Shown here: one piece after another, positions 35,622-48,300 of the stretch
Numbering within the stretch: the first letter of the stretch is position 1
Layout: every line of letters starts with the position of its first letter
Assembly: GCA_973895155.1 (NCBI GenBank)
Contig: OZ316892.1
Span: 10,830,283 to 10,894,282 of the forward strand
DNA: 64,000 nucleotides
Direction of reading: 5' to 3'
Source: Marsupella aquatica
Taxonomy: Eukaryota; Plantae; Marchantiophyta
Made by a program: the position numbers and the translations under genes
The notes under the pieces: generated by a model
The model's input: the letters and a program-made list of their open reading frames with translations, nothing else
The model's database searches: none
What the model was told of the DNA's origin: nothing

Positions 35622-37979
35622 TCATACGCTCCGCAGTCCAATCGCCTGGTAGTGTCGGTGATGAACGGCTGGCGATAGTGATTTGGTGAAGAGATCCGCA
35701 CAGTTGTCTGCACTTGAAATTTGTAAAATGTTGATCTCTGTTCCATGTAACTCATGGGTGTAGAAGAACTTCGGAGCTATATGCTTTACGCGATCGCCTT
35801 TGATGAATCCTTTCGTGATCTGCTATATACATGTTGCGTTATCCTCAAAAATGTCAGTAGGCTTCGTTAGTGGTGGTAGGCCGCATTTGGTGTTGATGTG
35901 ATTTATAAAGGATCGTAACCAAACGGCTTCACGACTAGCCTCGTGTAGGGCTAAGATTTCTGAGTGATTCGATGAGGTTGCTGTTAGGGTCTGTTTCACG
36001 CTTTTCCAAGAAAAAGCGGTACCCCCTATAGTAAAAACATATCCGGTTTGGGATTTTGCGGTATCAGTGTCGGAAAAATATCCGGCGTCCACATATCCTA
36101 TGAGTTCGTGGTTTGCACCGAATGGGTAAAATAACCCTGTATCGGTGGTGCCACGCAGATACCTAAATACGTGCTTAACTCCGTTCTAGTGTCTGGCTGT
36201 GGGAGTTGCACTGTGTCTAGCTAGTAAGTTAACTGCAAATGCAATGTCTGGTCGGGTCTGATTTGCTAAATACATTAATGCTCCTATCGCAGAAAGATAT
36301 GGAGTTTTTGGTCCTAATATTGGTTCATGTTCTTCGCGCTTGCGAAAAACGTCAGTATTGTTTTCTAATGAACGTACTACCATTGGTGACGTCAATGGGT
36401 GTGCTAGGTTCATATTGAATTGTTTTAGGATCTTTTCGGTTTGTGTTGTTTGATGGAGCATCATGCCAGTAGGTAAGATCTCCAGTTGTAAGCCTAAGCA
36501 AAAGTTTGTATGTCCAAGGTCTTTCATCTCAAATGTTGATTTAAGACGAGTAATAGTATCTTCTATAATTTGGGGTGTCCCAAATATGTTTAAGTCATCG
36601 ACATAAATAGAAACGATGACATATTCGTCATCCATATGTTTAATAAATAAACATGGGGTAATTGCATCATGGGAAAACCCATGGCAATCATTTTATCAGT
36701 GAATCTTTGATACCATACTCTGCCACTTTGTTTCAGGCCATATAATGCCTTCAACACGCGGATAGCTAGTCCACGATGAGTATTCGGTACGGTTGACACA
36801 GGGGTGTCATTGTTATGAGTTACATGTGTAGATGACACATGAGGTGTAACTTGAGATAATTGTTTTATAATCTTATGTAAATATGGAATATGCGATGTAG
36901 CGCCTTGAGCTAAAGCTCGGCGACGTTGCTCCAACTCGGGAGGTGATCGCATGTATAGACAAGTGTCTAAAGTTCCATATAGATATGCGGTCGCAACATC
37001 CAGTTGTCGCATCTGTAGTTTATGGAAAATGGCAAATCCGATAAGGTATCGGAATGTTGTGCTATCCATAACCGGTGAGTAAGTTTCATCGTAATGAATT
37101 CCCGGTTGTTGGGTAAATCCTTTCCCTACCAGACGTGCTTTGTAGCGTACAACCTGGCCTTTATCATTTCTTTTGCGGACGAAGGTCGACTTGTAGCCAA
37201 TGAGGTGTACGTCTTGCGGTGTTGGCTCAACTGGGCCAAAAGTGTGTCTGCTTAGTAGGGAATCTAATTCTCCGTTGATAGCTTTTTGCCATTCAGGCCA
37301 ATCTTGTTTGTTTTGGCATTCTAAGATGGATATTGGTTCGGGTGTATCGTTAGTGATATGTGTTGCCACCATTAATGCAAAAGCATCATCTATTGAAGTA
37401 ATATTTCTATCCCACATCGCACCGGTGTGTGAGTAGTGGATAGAGACCTCTTCATGAGTTGTAGATTCAGTATGATCGACATCAAGTGAATGGGGTATAG
37501 ATGAACTACGCCTTCTTGGTTGTTTATCTTTTGATCCCAAGGGTCTGCCACGTTTGGTACGAGGCTGAGATGTACTTGCTGGCTCACTTGATAATTCGAT
37601 GCGAGCAGATGCTCTCGCAGCTGGAATATGTGAGCGGCTAACTTGTGATGTATCGACAAAAGCGTCGGGAAGTTCTTCCACAATCTTGTGGAGTTGTAAA
37701 ATTCATTGAACTTCTTTCTCCCCTTGATTGGTTCTAAGGTCTTGCCAAAATGGCGAATGTCTTTCCCACTCCAAAGGTGGTTGTGGGTGTGCAGGGGTTA
37801 TTAATGGTGGGTAAATATGCTCATCAAAATGGCAATCTAGAAATCTAGCTTTAAAAACATCACCCGTTATAGGCTCCATATATCTTATGATGGATGGGGA
37901 GTCGAATCCGATGTATATCTAGGTAGTTGCCACCATCGATTTCTAGGGCTGGAAAGGTTAGTTTCTCAAGGTTGGCCAT
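35622..37979 (-). pseudogene. Deleted and disrupted Bianca gag-pol
   Basis: Gag start MANLEKLTFPALEIDGGNYL (ATG 37979) joined out of frame near 37918 to the integrase C-terminus (IYIGFDSPSIIRYMEP); stops at 37703-37705, 36186-36188 and 35823-35825; frameshift near 36670. Confidence 0.9.
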
Positions 37980-39396
37980 CTCTAAGGGTCCTAGCGTTCA
38001 GCGGTGGTGTGCGTGTTTATATAATATATATATAGTCAAAAGACAATGCACATTTGCCGCATGCAATGGTGGAAAAAGGGTTGAGGAGGGCAATCTAAGT
38101 CATTGGGGAGTAGAGCAAGAATGATTGGGTTTTTGCAGAATTTAGGGTTTGCACTTAGTAAGTTGGTTTTCTTTGTATATGTATAACTGCATGCTCTTCT
38201 TTGTATTTTAGGTTTCCTTTGTATTTTTGGTGCTGTTATCCAGTTGTGCACTTAGGGTTGCAGTTATGTGTTTGAGTGCTCTTCTTCCTTTGTTATTTCT
38301 AGTTCCATTGGAAATGAGTTGCGCTTAGGGATGGATTGGTGGTTAGGTAATTTATCTCGTGAGGCTATGGTACCCCTCTCGATCTGGTTTGCCTTCACGA
38401 TCTCCTTCAATGTCTTGGCTATGGCCGATTGCTTGGTTCTTCTCGCCCTTCCTCGCTTTGCCCTCTCTTCCTCCTTCGATGGCGTCCTCGGGCACTTCTT
38501 TCTTCCTTCTTGAAGTTAGTCTACTGCATGGTCCTTCTTCTTGTCGATGGTCCGAGTTGGGGTGCGTAGCCACCTCTACTGCTTGCTCGCTTATGGACTT
38601 GCCTGCTGTCGGTCTCACCTGTCTTTTACTCCATCGGCTGTCATTCAAATTGGCAGTGTACACTTCCCGAGTTGGTTACTAATTCATTTAGAATTTCAAG
38701 AGAGGTCTAATTGAATTGAAACGAGCATCCACTTCTCTGCTTTTTGCGCAGCCTGATCAGCTGAGTCACATGTATTCCTTGGGTCTCAATTACTTCCTTA
38801 TCAATCTCCTTTAATCTTAATTGCTCTCAGTCCCGATCGATTTCTTCAATCGATCCTCTTTCGTCATTCCCTGTTGCCTCAGTAATTCTCTCGCGCTCCA
38901 TTGTTCTGAACTTAATTGAGTGATTGTCAGCCGTCTTGTGAATTGGAGGGTTCTGAATTCATGAACCGAGAGTTACTGATTCAATCTGCTTTTTTATCGA
39001 TCCTTTTCTTTGCATCCCTCATGTATCGCCTTATGAATGCGAGTTCTTTTCTCATCAATTCTTCCCTAGAATTTACTGAAGATCCACTATGTCCTTATCA
39101 GTTTCTGTTTGCCTTCGTGGTGTCCTACTGATTGGGTCTCGTAGCATTCAATTTTCTTCTAATTTTGTTCTTATCAATTTTCGATCTCCATAGGCCTTTG
39201 AAAGAAAAGTTCATGGCCTTCTTGTTTTGCTGCTGTCTTGTCTTCGTTGCGGGAGGGTGCGAAAGTATTGATTCACTTTTCCCAAAAACGAGTCTGCCTT
39301 TCTCCTTCGTCAATCACGCTTTATCCTACATTCTACATTAAAAAAATTTGTCAATCTTCCATAGTCTTCTTTTCTTTCTTCCTTGCTCCGCTTGTT

Positions 39397-39414
39397 GAGC
39401 TCTCGTACTGATAA
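39397..39414 (-). other. Primer-binding site complementary to a tRNA half molecule (tRNA-Ile anticodon arm)
   Basis: Minus strand TTATCAGTACGAGAGCTC lies 2 nt inside the 5' LTR; there is no TGG start; the + strand TCGTACTGATAA resembles the plant tRNA-Ile anticodon arm TCGTGCT-(I)AT-AA as recalled. Confidence 0.65.
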
Positions 39415-42400
39415 TGTGTGATGATAAGAATGCAATGATGTTTGTATAGTCTGGAATGTTTATACATATAGTGGTGTCGGATGACCGGCTGGTCCGGTCG
39501 TCCGGTCAATGGGAGGAGGTAGAGTCTAACAGTGACTGATTTCAGCGGAAAATTATTTGTTTTCCATAGCATTTTGCCTCATCCAATTTCTTTCACGCAG
39601 TTACATCTTGGTTTTTATTTTCTTCACAATTTCAAGAAAAGGTCAGCATATTTCTACGCATCAGAACTTGTGTGTTGAGTGCCAAAATTTCTTTAATTAA
39701 TGCAAGACCATAATTATGCCTATGAAGGGGGGGGGGGGTGGGCCGGCGGGGAAGGCGGGGAATGTGTTTGCAGGTCCATTGTGCTTGTTTGTCTACTACT
39801 TCACATAGTCACCTTACTACACTAAGATCTGTTGAGATCAGAGATGAGGAGGTTGTAGGCAAGGTTTCCCAAGACAAAGGTAGCGGACTGGACAGTCAGA
39901 AATATCACCATAAACTGCTTCTGTGGTCGACTGTAGAGTGTTATGGTACTCTGCCCTTTGCAGTTCCTTGTAGGTGATCGATGTGAAATGACCCCTAACC
40001 TGGGTGTTTAGAAACTGCAAACCTTTTGTTCTTCCTGCCTGTTGTCACTAGCTGTTCCTGTTCAAGTGGCCTTCGGTAAACTCTTGTGAAAACACATCCG
40101 CCCTAACTTTGAGTCCCACTAATAATACATCCTCCTACTCATAGCATGTGACTGGTAAAGGAACCCTTTAGTCTATAACTTGGGCCTGCATCTTCGCTCC
40201 CTCTAGGTGAATTATTGGAGGTGTGGTGCATCACGTTACTGGTTTTGTTTAATGTTTTCAGGGTATTTGTTCCCCTCATTGCAGCTTGCCAATGATATCA
40301 TGATTTTTGAAAGTTTATTATATGAGACTCATTGGGGAAAAGAACCCAACCACCATGTCTGACACAGAACTCAGATAGACCATTGAAACTCGGATAGACC
40401 ACTTTCAAAGACTATGTCACACTCAAATAGTATTTTGTATGATTCATGGTCAAATGCTAGGGTCCATTCGAAGGTCAGCTTTGACTCAGTGTAGGAGTAA
40501 ACAGAAAACTGTCAAGGTGATTTTGTACCCTTTTCTGACCCAAAATCAGTTATAAACTCAACTACGTTTATTTGATGAGGATTGCAATACAAGATCAAAC
40601 GAAGGGATCTTCAGATGCGCATGATTCAATCCAAGATCAAAGGAAGGGATCGTGAGATCCTCATTTGGGAGTATATTCCCAAGGATGTTTGATGTCTTAT
40701 CTAAGCCAGGCATCGCCTTTTTGCACTTTAACTGCCAAAAGACAGGAACATCACAATGGGAACCAGGTTTAACTGTCTACTGATTTCTCCATAGGTTCTT
40801 TACATGTCTAATGTATATTTCATTTTTCGTGCAGTCAAATTGAGTAAGAGTTGGCTGAAAGAAAGGTAAATCCTCTTGACAAATAAAAGTTATTGTTAAT
40901 ATCAATAACATATAGGGAGACTCAAATATCCAACCATTTTGGATACTTCCGAGAGGACTTCCAGTCTCCCTGAAAATGGCAGGCCCCCTTTTTACTTTTC
41001 TAAACAGTCCCTTTCAACAACAATAACCGCAACAACCGTGTATTAGATAAGAATAAAAACTGCTCAATTTTGGACTGTGAGGCGTCTGCTCCAAAGTCAT
41101 TCATTTCAGCTTTAGCTTGTATCAGAATCCTATGCACAAACCATTTGAGATGGAATCCTTAGCTGTTGCACACGTGAGTATTTAAGCAGTCAAGGGAAAG
41201 CATCAAAGGAGCAGGGATGAGTTCCTAGCAAGCTCCGCCTGGACACCATGGCCTTGCATTGGTGGTACGTCCAAGATCATCAAGGGTGCCTGCACGGGTA
41301 ATTGTGGGGCAGCAAAAACACCTTGCAAAGTTGCCGGACCACAAGTTGGATAAGGGTGTGATCAGGACTCTTTGATCACAATTAGATTTGCAGACGTACA
41401 TGGATGCACTTGAGTAAGACAAGCCTTTGATGTGGTACACTAATTGAAATCGGCGATGGATTAGGCAGGGCGTAGGGTCATGGGACAATGCATATGCCAT
41501 GATCAATTGTGTGCGGTTTGGTTTTCAAGCTTGGTACTTTCTTTGAATGTTGGCCTGTCAATATACTCTTTGCACTTTCGTTTAAATTTTTACTCACCTT
41601 TCGAAAGCCCCTTTGCTTCCTTTTGCTTTATGGTTTGGTTTGATGTACTTTTTGTATGCATTGAAAATTCCAAGGAAGAGACTTTTCCACAACTTTTACC
41701 TTCTTCTTTGGACACACATAGGCCTCGAACTACACGAGTTCAGGGCACCTCCATACCAGTTAACATGAGCATTCAAAGGGTTAAACTAAGGACCGTGAAC
41801 GCTTGGCCTATCAATCCTGATTTGGTGTATCTTAGTTTGCCTGTAAGTCTTTCTGTTCGCCCTTTTTCAGTAAATTCTTTCTCCGTATACCTTTTCTCTT
41901 CTTATTTGCATAAAGTTCCACATACAATAAAGGAAACGACCTTGATTGGACTGCTTTGGCTCTGTGTTCTTAGCTACAATATCCTATGGTCATTCAAAGC
42001 AAAAGATCTTCCAGTTAAATTATGAGACCTACTCAACCCACTTCAAAAGCGTTGGAGAAAACAAGAGAGGTGGAATGCACAAACTACATATTAGATTACA
42101 AAAGAACAGAAAGCTCCCAACCAGACCCCAAAAGCAGGAGACCCAACAGAGGAGAGAAACAAGGGAAAATATATCTCAAACTACCAAAAAGACAGAATTA
42201 CCAAACCCGGAGACATGATCCCAAAGTCAGAAGGCCCAATAAAAGGAAGAAGAAGTGAAAGACCCCAAAGGACTAAAGAGGCCCAACAAACCAAGGGAAG
42301 ACCAGAAAGTCAAAAAGCCCAAGAGCCAACAAACCCGTGAGTCTAGACAATACCTATTTGTAACCACTAAATCCATTCCTCGAGACTAAGCCGAAAAGCT

Positions 42401-45331
42401 CTAAAACAAAATAGGGCCTTCGAAGTTTTTAAAAGGGGCCTTGTATTTGGGAAATTTGGTTTTGAAAGTGAAACACAAAGAAAAAGCCATGAAAAGACAA
42501 GAATGAAAAAAGAACTCGAAACTCAGAAAACGTCCCAACCCACAAGAGAACCGTAAGTACAACAGTCCCGTAGTCCTTCTCCCGTGAAAGCGCACGGCAA
42601 ACCCTCCCGGACGGGAGCGGGCTCGACGGGGCGGGAATAGCGTTCCCGTTGACACGGTGGACCAAAAGCGCCATCTCCAGCCAGCGTGAGAGCGGCACGT
42701 GGGACCGCTCCCACGACCCACACTGTTGCTGGAGGGTGACAGCCAATCAGCGCATGTATATAATCTGGCAGCAAGGACTCCGAATCACGACCACGCCAAC
42801 CCATCTCAGACCAGACTATTATCATTATTGCCCGTCGTTCACCCGCTCTCCCGTCGGTGAATCGGTGCTCTGATGCTCTCCCCCTCGAGTCTCGTGCTCA
42901 TCGATCCAGTCACCCTTTATCGGATGTTTGTCTGAATTCTCAAGCTGTTTCCACGGGTGCAGATCCTGCAGCTTTCCCGGATTGACCTGTTTCTCGTTAG
43001 TGTTGTTTTCCGGGCTTGCGTCGCCGGAATTGTGAGCCAAAGCAGCTGCTGCTACAGTCTGTTGCTTGGTGGGCTCCGTCCGTCTGTAATTCTGTATCAT
43101 TCGATTTTTGAGTGTTCTTGCATTGTCGATGTCTTTTGTTGTCTCCCCTTGTATCTAATCTGCGGATCTGCTCGATCCTCGTTCCTGGCGTAGAAGGAGA
43201 GGTTGTAATTCCGATTTGATGTTGTTCTTCGTGTTGCTGTCAATTTCTGTTTCTCTGGTTGTCGCTCAGTCGATCAGCTTGTGAGAATCATTCCACTCCG
43301 ACTCCCGTTGGTGATTGTGCCGTCGATCTTTGGTGTCCGACTGATTCTTCGGCTTGCATTAGCTCGGCACACCTGTCTGTCCTTCGTGCTCATCTAAGTA
43401 GCGGTCTTCCGTTTGGTGCGATTTTCACTTTGGACCCTGCGGGAGGTGAAGCGTTGCACTTTGTTGCTCGACTGTCGAGCCTCTTTCTCAATTCTACCGT
43501 GGCTGTTGTCTTTCTTGGAGGGCACCGGAGCTAACTAGATATAGCTACAGGAGCTACAGGAGATACAGTTACTACCAGCCAACAAGACACGAGTAGCATC
43601 TCGCTCGCAAGACGATAGAGCATATAAGCACCGGAATGCTCACTGATCTAGGTTTGTTTCGGAACCCCTTACGTCTACATGGCGAGGTAGAGATCACGTA
43701 AGCGGAACGAAAGAGAGTAGATTCGCAAAACAAGCAAAACAATGCTGCGATAACATCATCCAGAGAGGGAGAGAGAGCATGAGAGTGCAAATCATGAAGT
43801 GAATATGAAGAACGTGTTTGTGTGACACCATCAAACTACACCAGAGTCGGAAAGGCCGTGGGATAGTGCCTGACTGCCTGCCTACCTGCCTCCTCCTCCT
43901 GACCTGGCGCAGGTGCTCGAAGAGCTCGAAATTTAATGCGGGGCCTACTATTATAGTTTTTGTTTCAGGAGAATCGCAGTACCTACCCACTGTACCCATA
44001 ACGTGTACCACCACCGCACTCATACCGTCCCGCCTGATTGCTCATCCATTCAACGACTCCGGTAGAGTCCTGCGGTCTTACTCAAAGTACCGTAGAAGGG
44101 TGTACACGTATCTGGGGAATTTGAGGGACGTTTCACAGAATCGGGGAAAGCTTTTTGTTCGGCTGGCCAAAGTTGACTGTTGTAGACGTTGAGGGTAGGG
44201 CCTAGTGTAGCTGATTGAGTCCTACAACGTGGGAGGAGGGGAGACGGGGAGCACTGCAGGGGTGGGACCGTGGGAGCAGGAAAGGGGGAGGGCGGAGAGG
44301 AGTGTGGGGGGAGGGAGCGGAAGGTCGAGTGGTTGGGGCAATTAAATTGGGGTCACGAGCAACGTTGTTTTTTTTTTTCCTCCGTCCGGGCAAGGTTTCT
44401 CTGCGACGACTGCTCTGCTCTCATCCGCTCTGTTCCATTTTGTGCATTGTTTGCGGGTTCCTGGCCGGTGGTGGCATTGCATCTGCCGTGCGCCTGGCTG
44501 GCTCTGTCGTTGGGGCAAGCAATAAAGTGTGAGTTGGGGGAATTTCGGGTGCTTGGGAATTTCCATCTGTCTGCCACGGAGAAGATTGCGAGGAGTGTGA
44601 TCGGTAGATTGGTTGGGACGGGATAGAGGTGGGGGAGGAGGTAGGGGAGGGAGGATTAATTTGGGTTTCGTTTACCTTGTTAGGGTTGCGAGATTGGTGC
44701 ATTGGGGAAGAGGCTTTTAGATTGGGACGGGGTGGAAGGGCCTGACTAGATCTTATCTGTGCGAAGTAGCTCTCTTCCACTTCATTAGATAAGGTGGAGG
44801 GCAGAGAGTGAGAGATCGATATAAGAAAAATTTGATCGACCGAATTGAGATCCTGATCTACCTCTGTCTTTGTGCCATCTGCTGGGAGCGGACGCAGTTT
44901 GCAATTTGCTGTGACCCCATCCTCATGCGCGTGGCTGTCTGATCTATATTTGAGAGAAGACACGTGACGATTTTGCCAGTGAAGAGACTCTTCTCCCGAT
45001 AAGAGATCCATCGCAAGCAGTAAGGTGTAGTCTTCTCGTCGGAGGAGACCTATCTAAAAGCTGCTGCTGTGCGGGTTGACATTACAAAGCATCCAGTTTT
45101 CATCAAATCTGTATCTGAGTGCTCGTCGTGGTAGGTGTGACCTGGAAGAGTTGTTCATACTGTTGATTCGGAGCACGAAATTCTGTTACTCTCTCGCTCT
45201 CTCTCGCTCGTGGTGAGGAGACGGAGAGGTCTCATCTGACGCAACGGGTGGGGTCTTCAGTGGAATCTTTCGCGAAGGGTGCAGCTGATCGAGTGCGTTC
45301 TCCGGGTGACAGAGCCGGGGGAGGAGAGGAG

Positions 45332-48300
45332 ATGGCGGCCTACTGTGGCACTACCGGCACATTGCTGCAAGGAGCAGCAGTGCCCGTGAAGGACTTCGCA
45401 AGCAGAACGAACGACTCTGCGAACCGCATTTTCACAGTGGCTCAACCCCGCTCACGTAATTTCAAGCACAAGCTCAACCCACTGGTCACTGCTTCTTGCT
45501 TGTCTCGTTTCGATCGTACGCAATTGCTGTCGCACTCGTCGTTTCTCCATCATGCCAGAAACGGTCTCGAAGCATTGTCCCCTCGTCATTTCCAAGAAGG
45601 ACGAAAGGGGTCGCAGGGCAGCTTTGCCCGAGATGAAGGTGTGGACCCCCCCGCTCGTCATCCCTCCTGTCACTTCCTCCCACCCGACCCCTTTCTTCTT
45701 GTCTGCTTGGGATTATTTTTCCAGTGCTTTAGTTCCTTTAACCAATTCTGTTTCGAGCATGGTAGAGGATACGCACTCTGCTCCGCTCTCCTCCGATCGT
45801 CGGAGCCGTCCTCCCGCAAAATGGCTGGATCGGATTCGAGTCCATTATCTGTGTCATAGCGCAGCAACAAAGCTAGATATAAGATCTTTATGAGAAATTG
45901 TCTATTATACCTGGAGGTAAGGGGGAGGGACGAAGGGAGAGATGTTGGTCAACTGTTTTGTGCGCAACGCAACGGTGTGTGAATGGATCAATATGAGGAG
46001 AAATTCTTAATCCCACCCGCAGCAGATCCGCTGCAGTGTTAGACTCTTCCGAAGGGGCACCCACAGCAGATCAGAAGCGGCGGGAAAGATCAATCACGCG
46101 TGGAATAAATGAAAATAATTTGTTTTCAGGAGGAGACGGTTCTCTCGCGGCCGGGAACTGTTCATAGTAGACCTGGGTGGATTTTGGGTGCGGAGACACT
46201 TGGATCCAATTGTGGTGGACCATCCGTTTCGCAATTCTAGATATGCGTGCCGCACAGCAAAATCTATGTCAGCAATTCTAGATTTGCCTGCCGCACAGCA
46301 AAATCTACGTCAGATCAAAGAGTCAAGCTTGAGGCTATCGAGAAGTCTAGTGACAGTCGGTAGGAAACTTTGGATGGGAGGTGGAAGCCAGTTGTAACAT
46401 ACTTTCCCTGATTTAGTTGAAGAGCCGAGATAATCCATGAGAGTGCTTGAAAATCTCACCTCCAGTAGTGTCTCAAGGATGAAAAACGGTCTCTTGTTTG
46501 CCAAAAAATCCTGACGTCCCCCGTAAATCGAAACTACTCTTGGAAGCCCTACGAACGAATGATAAAATCTAGGTTATTACGTTAGACGATACTAGATGGT
46601 GTCGGAACTTCTTACGAAGAAGTTTCAAAAATGCATCAAATGTGGTGAGTTTCAAATTGCTTAGTTTCCGTAATCAGAGCCACCCGGGTGAAACATATCT
46701 TCGTAAAGCCGTGTAGATTACCTACTTCGTTACATATCGCGGGTTAGGGCCCTGTCCTTGTCGTAGACCACATTGAAGAAGAGGTGCGGCATTTTGTAGA
46801 GAGAAGTCACTTTGGAGCCGCTTTGCACAGCTTACAGCTATATGTGAGTTTACAGCTATATGATGAATTACTCACATACTTATCCTTTTCTATGTCCGTT
46901 CTTTTACAGGGACCGTGAAGGCATTGGCAGCAGATGGCAATGGACGTCCTGTGGTGTCAAAACCATCAGAGATGGTCGTCTGTTTCGGGGAGATGCTGAT
47001 TGATTTTGTTCCCACCGTCGGAGGGGTGTCTTTGGCGAAGGCCCCCGCTTTTAAGAAGGCACCGGGAGGTGCACCAGCGAATGTGGCTGTGGGAATTGCT
47101 CGTCTGGGGGGCGCTGCCGCCTTCATGGGAAAGGTTTGTCAACTGCACAGTGCCCATCTTCTTACAATCTACATGTCTATCTATGCTCATCTTACAACCT
47201 ACCCATAGTCTATGAATTGACCCACCTTTGACGCCTCGAAGCTCAAGGAAGACTCCTCTACTTCGCCAGCCCAATGTCATCATCGGCTTGGAACTTTTTC
47301 CATCTTCCCGTTTTATCCGTTATGATCATTCTCAGTTGTTGAACCTTTCCCGTATCTTTCGGTAGGATAAGCTCGACGGTAAGTTTTTGGTTTCTCCCCC
47401 AAGTCTTCTGGTCCGGAACTCCCCGACACTAGTAAGCTCACGAATTTCATCCGTAGGATAAATTATGGATACTCAGCATTAACTTACGGTGAAAGTGCAC
47501 GAGTGGCCCGTGATTCGAGGGGCTTGGTCGTAATTGCCGGTCAATGTACTTGTAGCTCGACAATGTACGGTAGGTAAGTTTGAGAGCAGTAATGTTCAGC
47601 TTGTTTAAGGCGGACCCAGCCGATTCATACTCTTTATGTCAACTGATCGTCGATGCAGCACGACAATTCTTTATACGTGGAGCTTGTCAGTAATTACCTA
47701 TTAATGTATTTGCCGTAAGATGATGTATAAGGGAGGTAATTTTCAGGACGGTGATTATAAGCATGTACTACACTGATCCAGCTTCTCCTTCAAGTCTCAG
47801 ATGGTTTCTCGGTTCTTGGGATCTAAATAGTTGCGTCGTCCTGAGTTGCTCTTCTATACGGTACTTAATGGAGCGGACAGGGTGTCGTAAGGGCAGCAAT
47901 CTGCTATTTTTTTGTCCAATGTAACTCGTCTTGACGGACCTATTGCTGAATTTTTGTATGTTCTAGTTTGAACTTTGTTAACATGACAACGCTGCGTACA
48001 GGTGGGCGATGATGAGTTTGGATACATGCTGGTTGACATTCTCAAGGAAAACAGAGTGGAAAGTCGCGGTGTGCGTTTTGACCCTGGAGCACGGACAGCT
48101 TTGGCCTTTGTCACACTAAGAGAAGATGGGGAGCGCGAATTTATGTTCTATCGAAATCCCAGTGCAGATATGCTACTGGAAGTTAGTGAGATCGACCTTG
48201 AGCTTGTGCAGCAAGTGAGTCAAATCATTCATGTATTTCATCGTAACAAGGATTGATATTACTCTTTTCTTATATTGTATGATCTTCTGTCCTGACCGAA

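Larger units (their letters stand above)
35153..39531 (-). mobile_element. Bianca-lineage Ty1/copia element, internally deleted and non-autonomous
   Basis: Identical 115-bp TG..CA LTRs at 35153-35267 and 39417-39531; TSD GTGAC (35148-35152, 39532-39536); PPT at 35268-35277; Bianca-type motifs KRGRPLGSKDK, YLSAIGALMYLAN, ATSSNHSEILALHEASRE, IKGDRVKHIAPKFFYTHEL. Confidence 0.95.

Noticed and set aside
41550-42500. T-rich then A-rich halves suggesting an old foldback
   Set aside because: Similarity limited to a few short words; no termini or TSD found.
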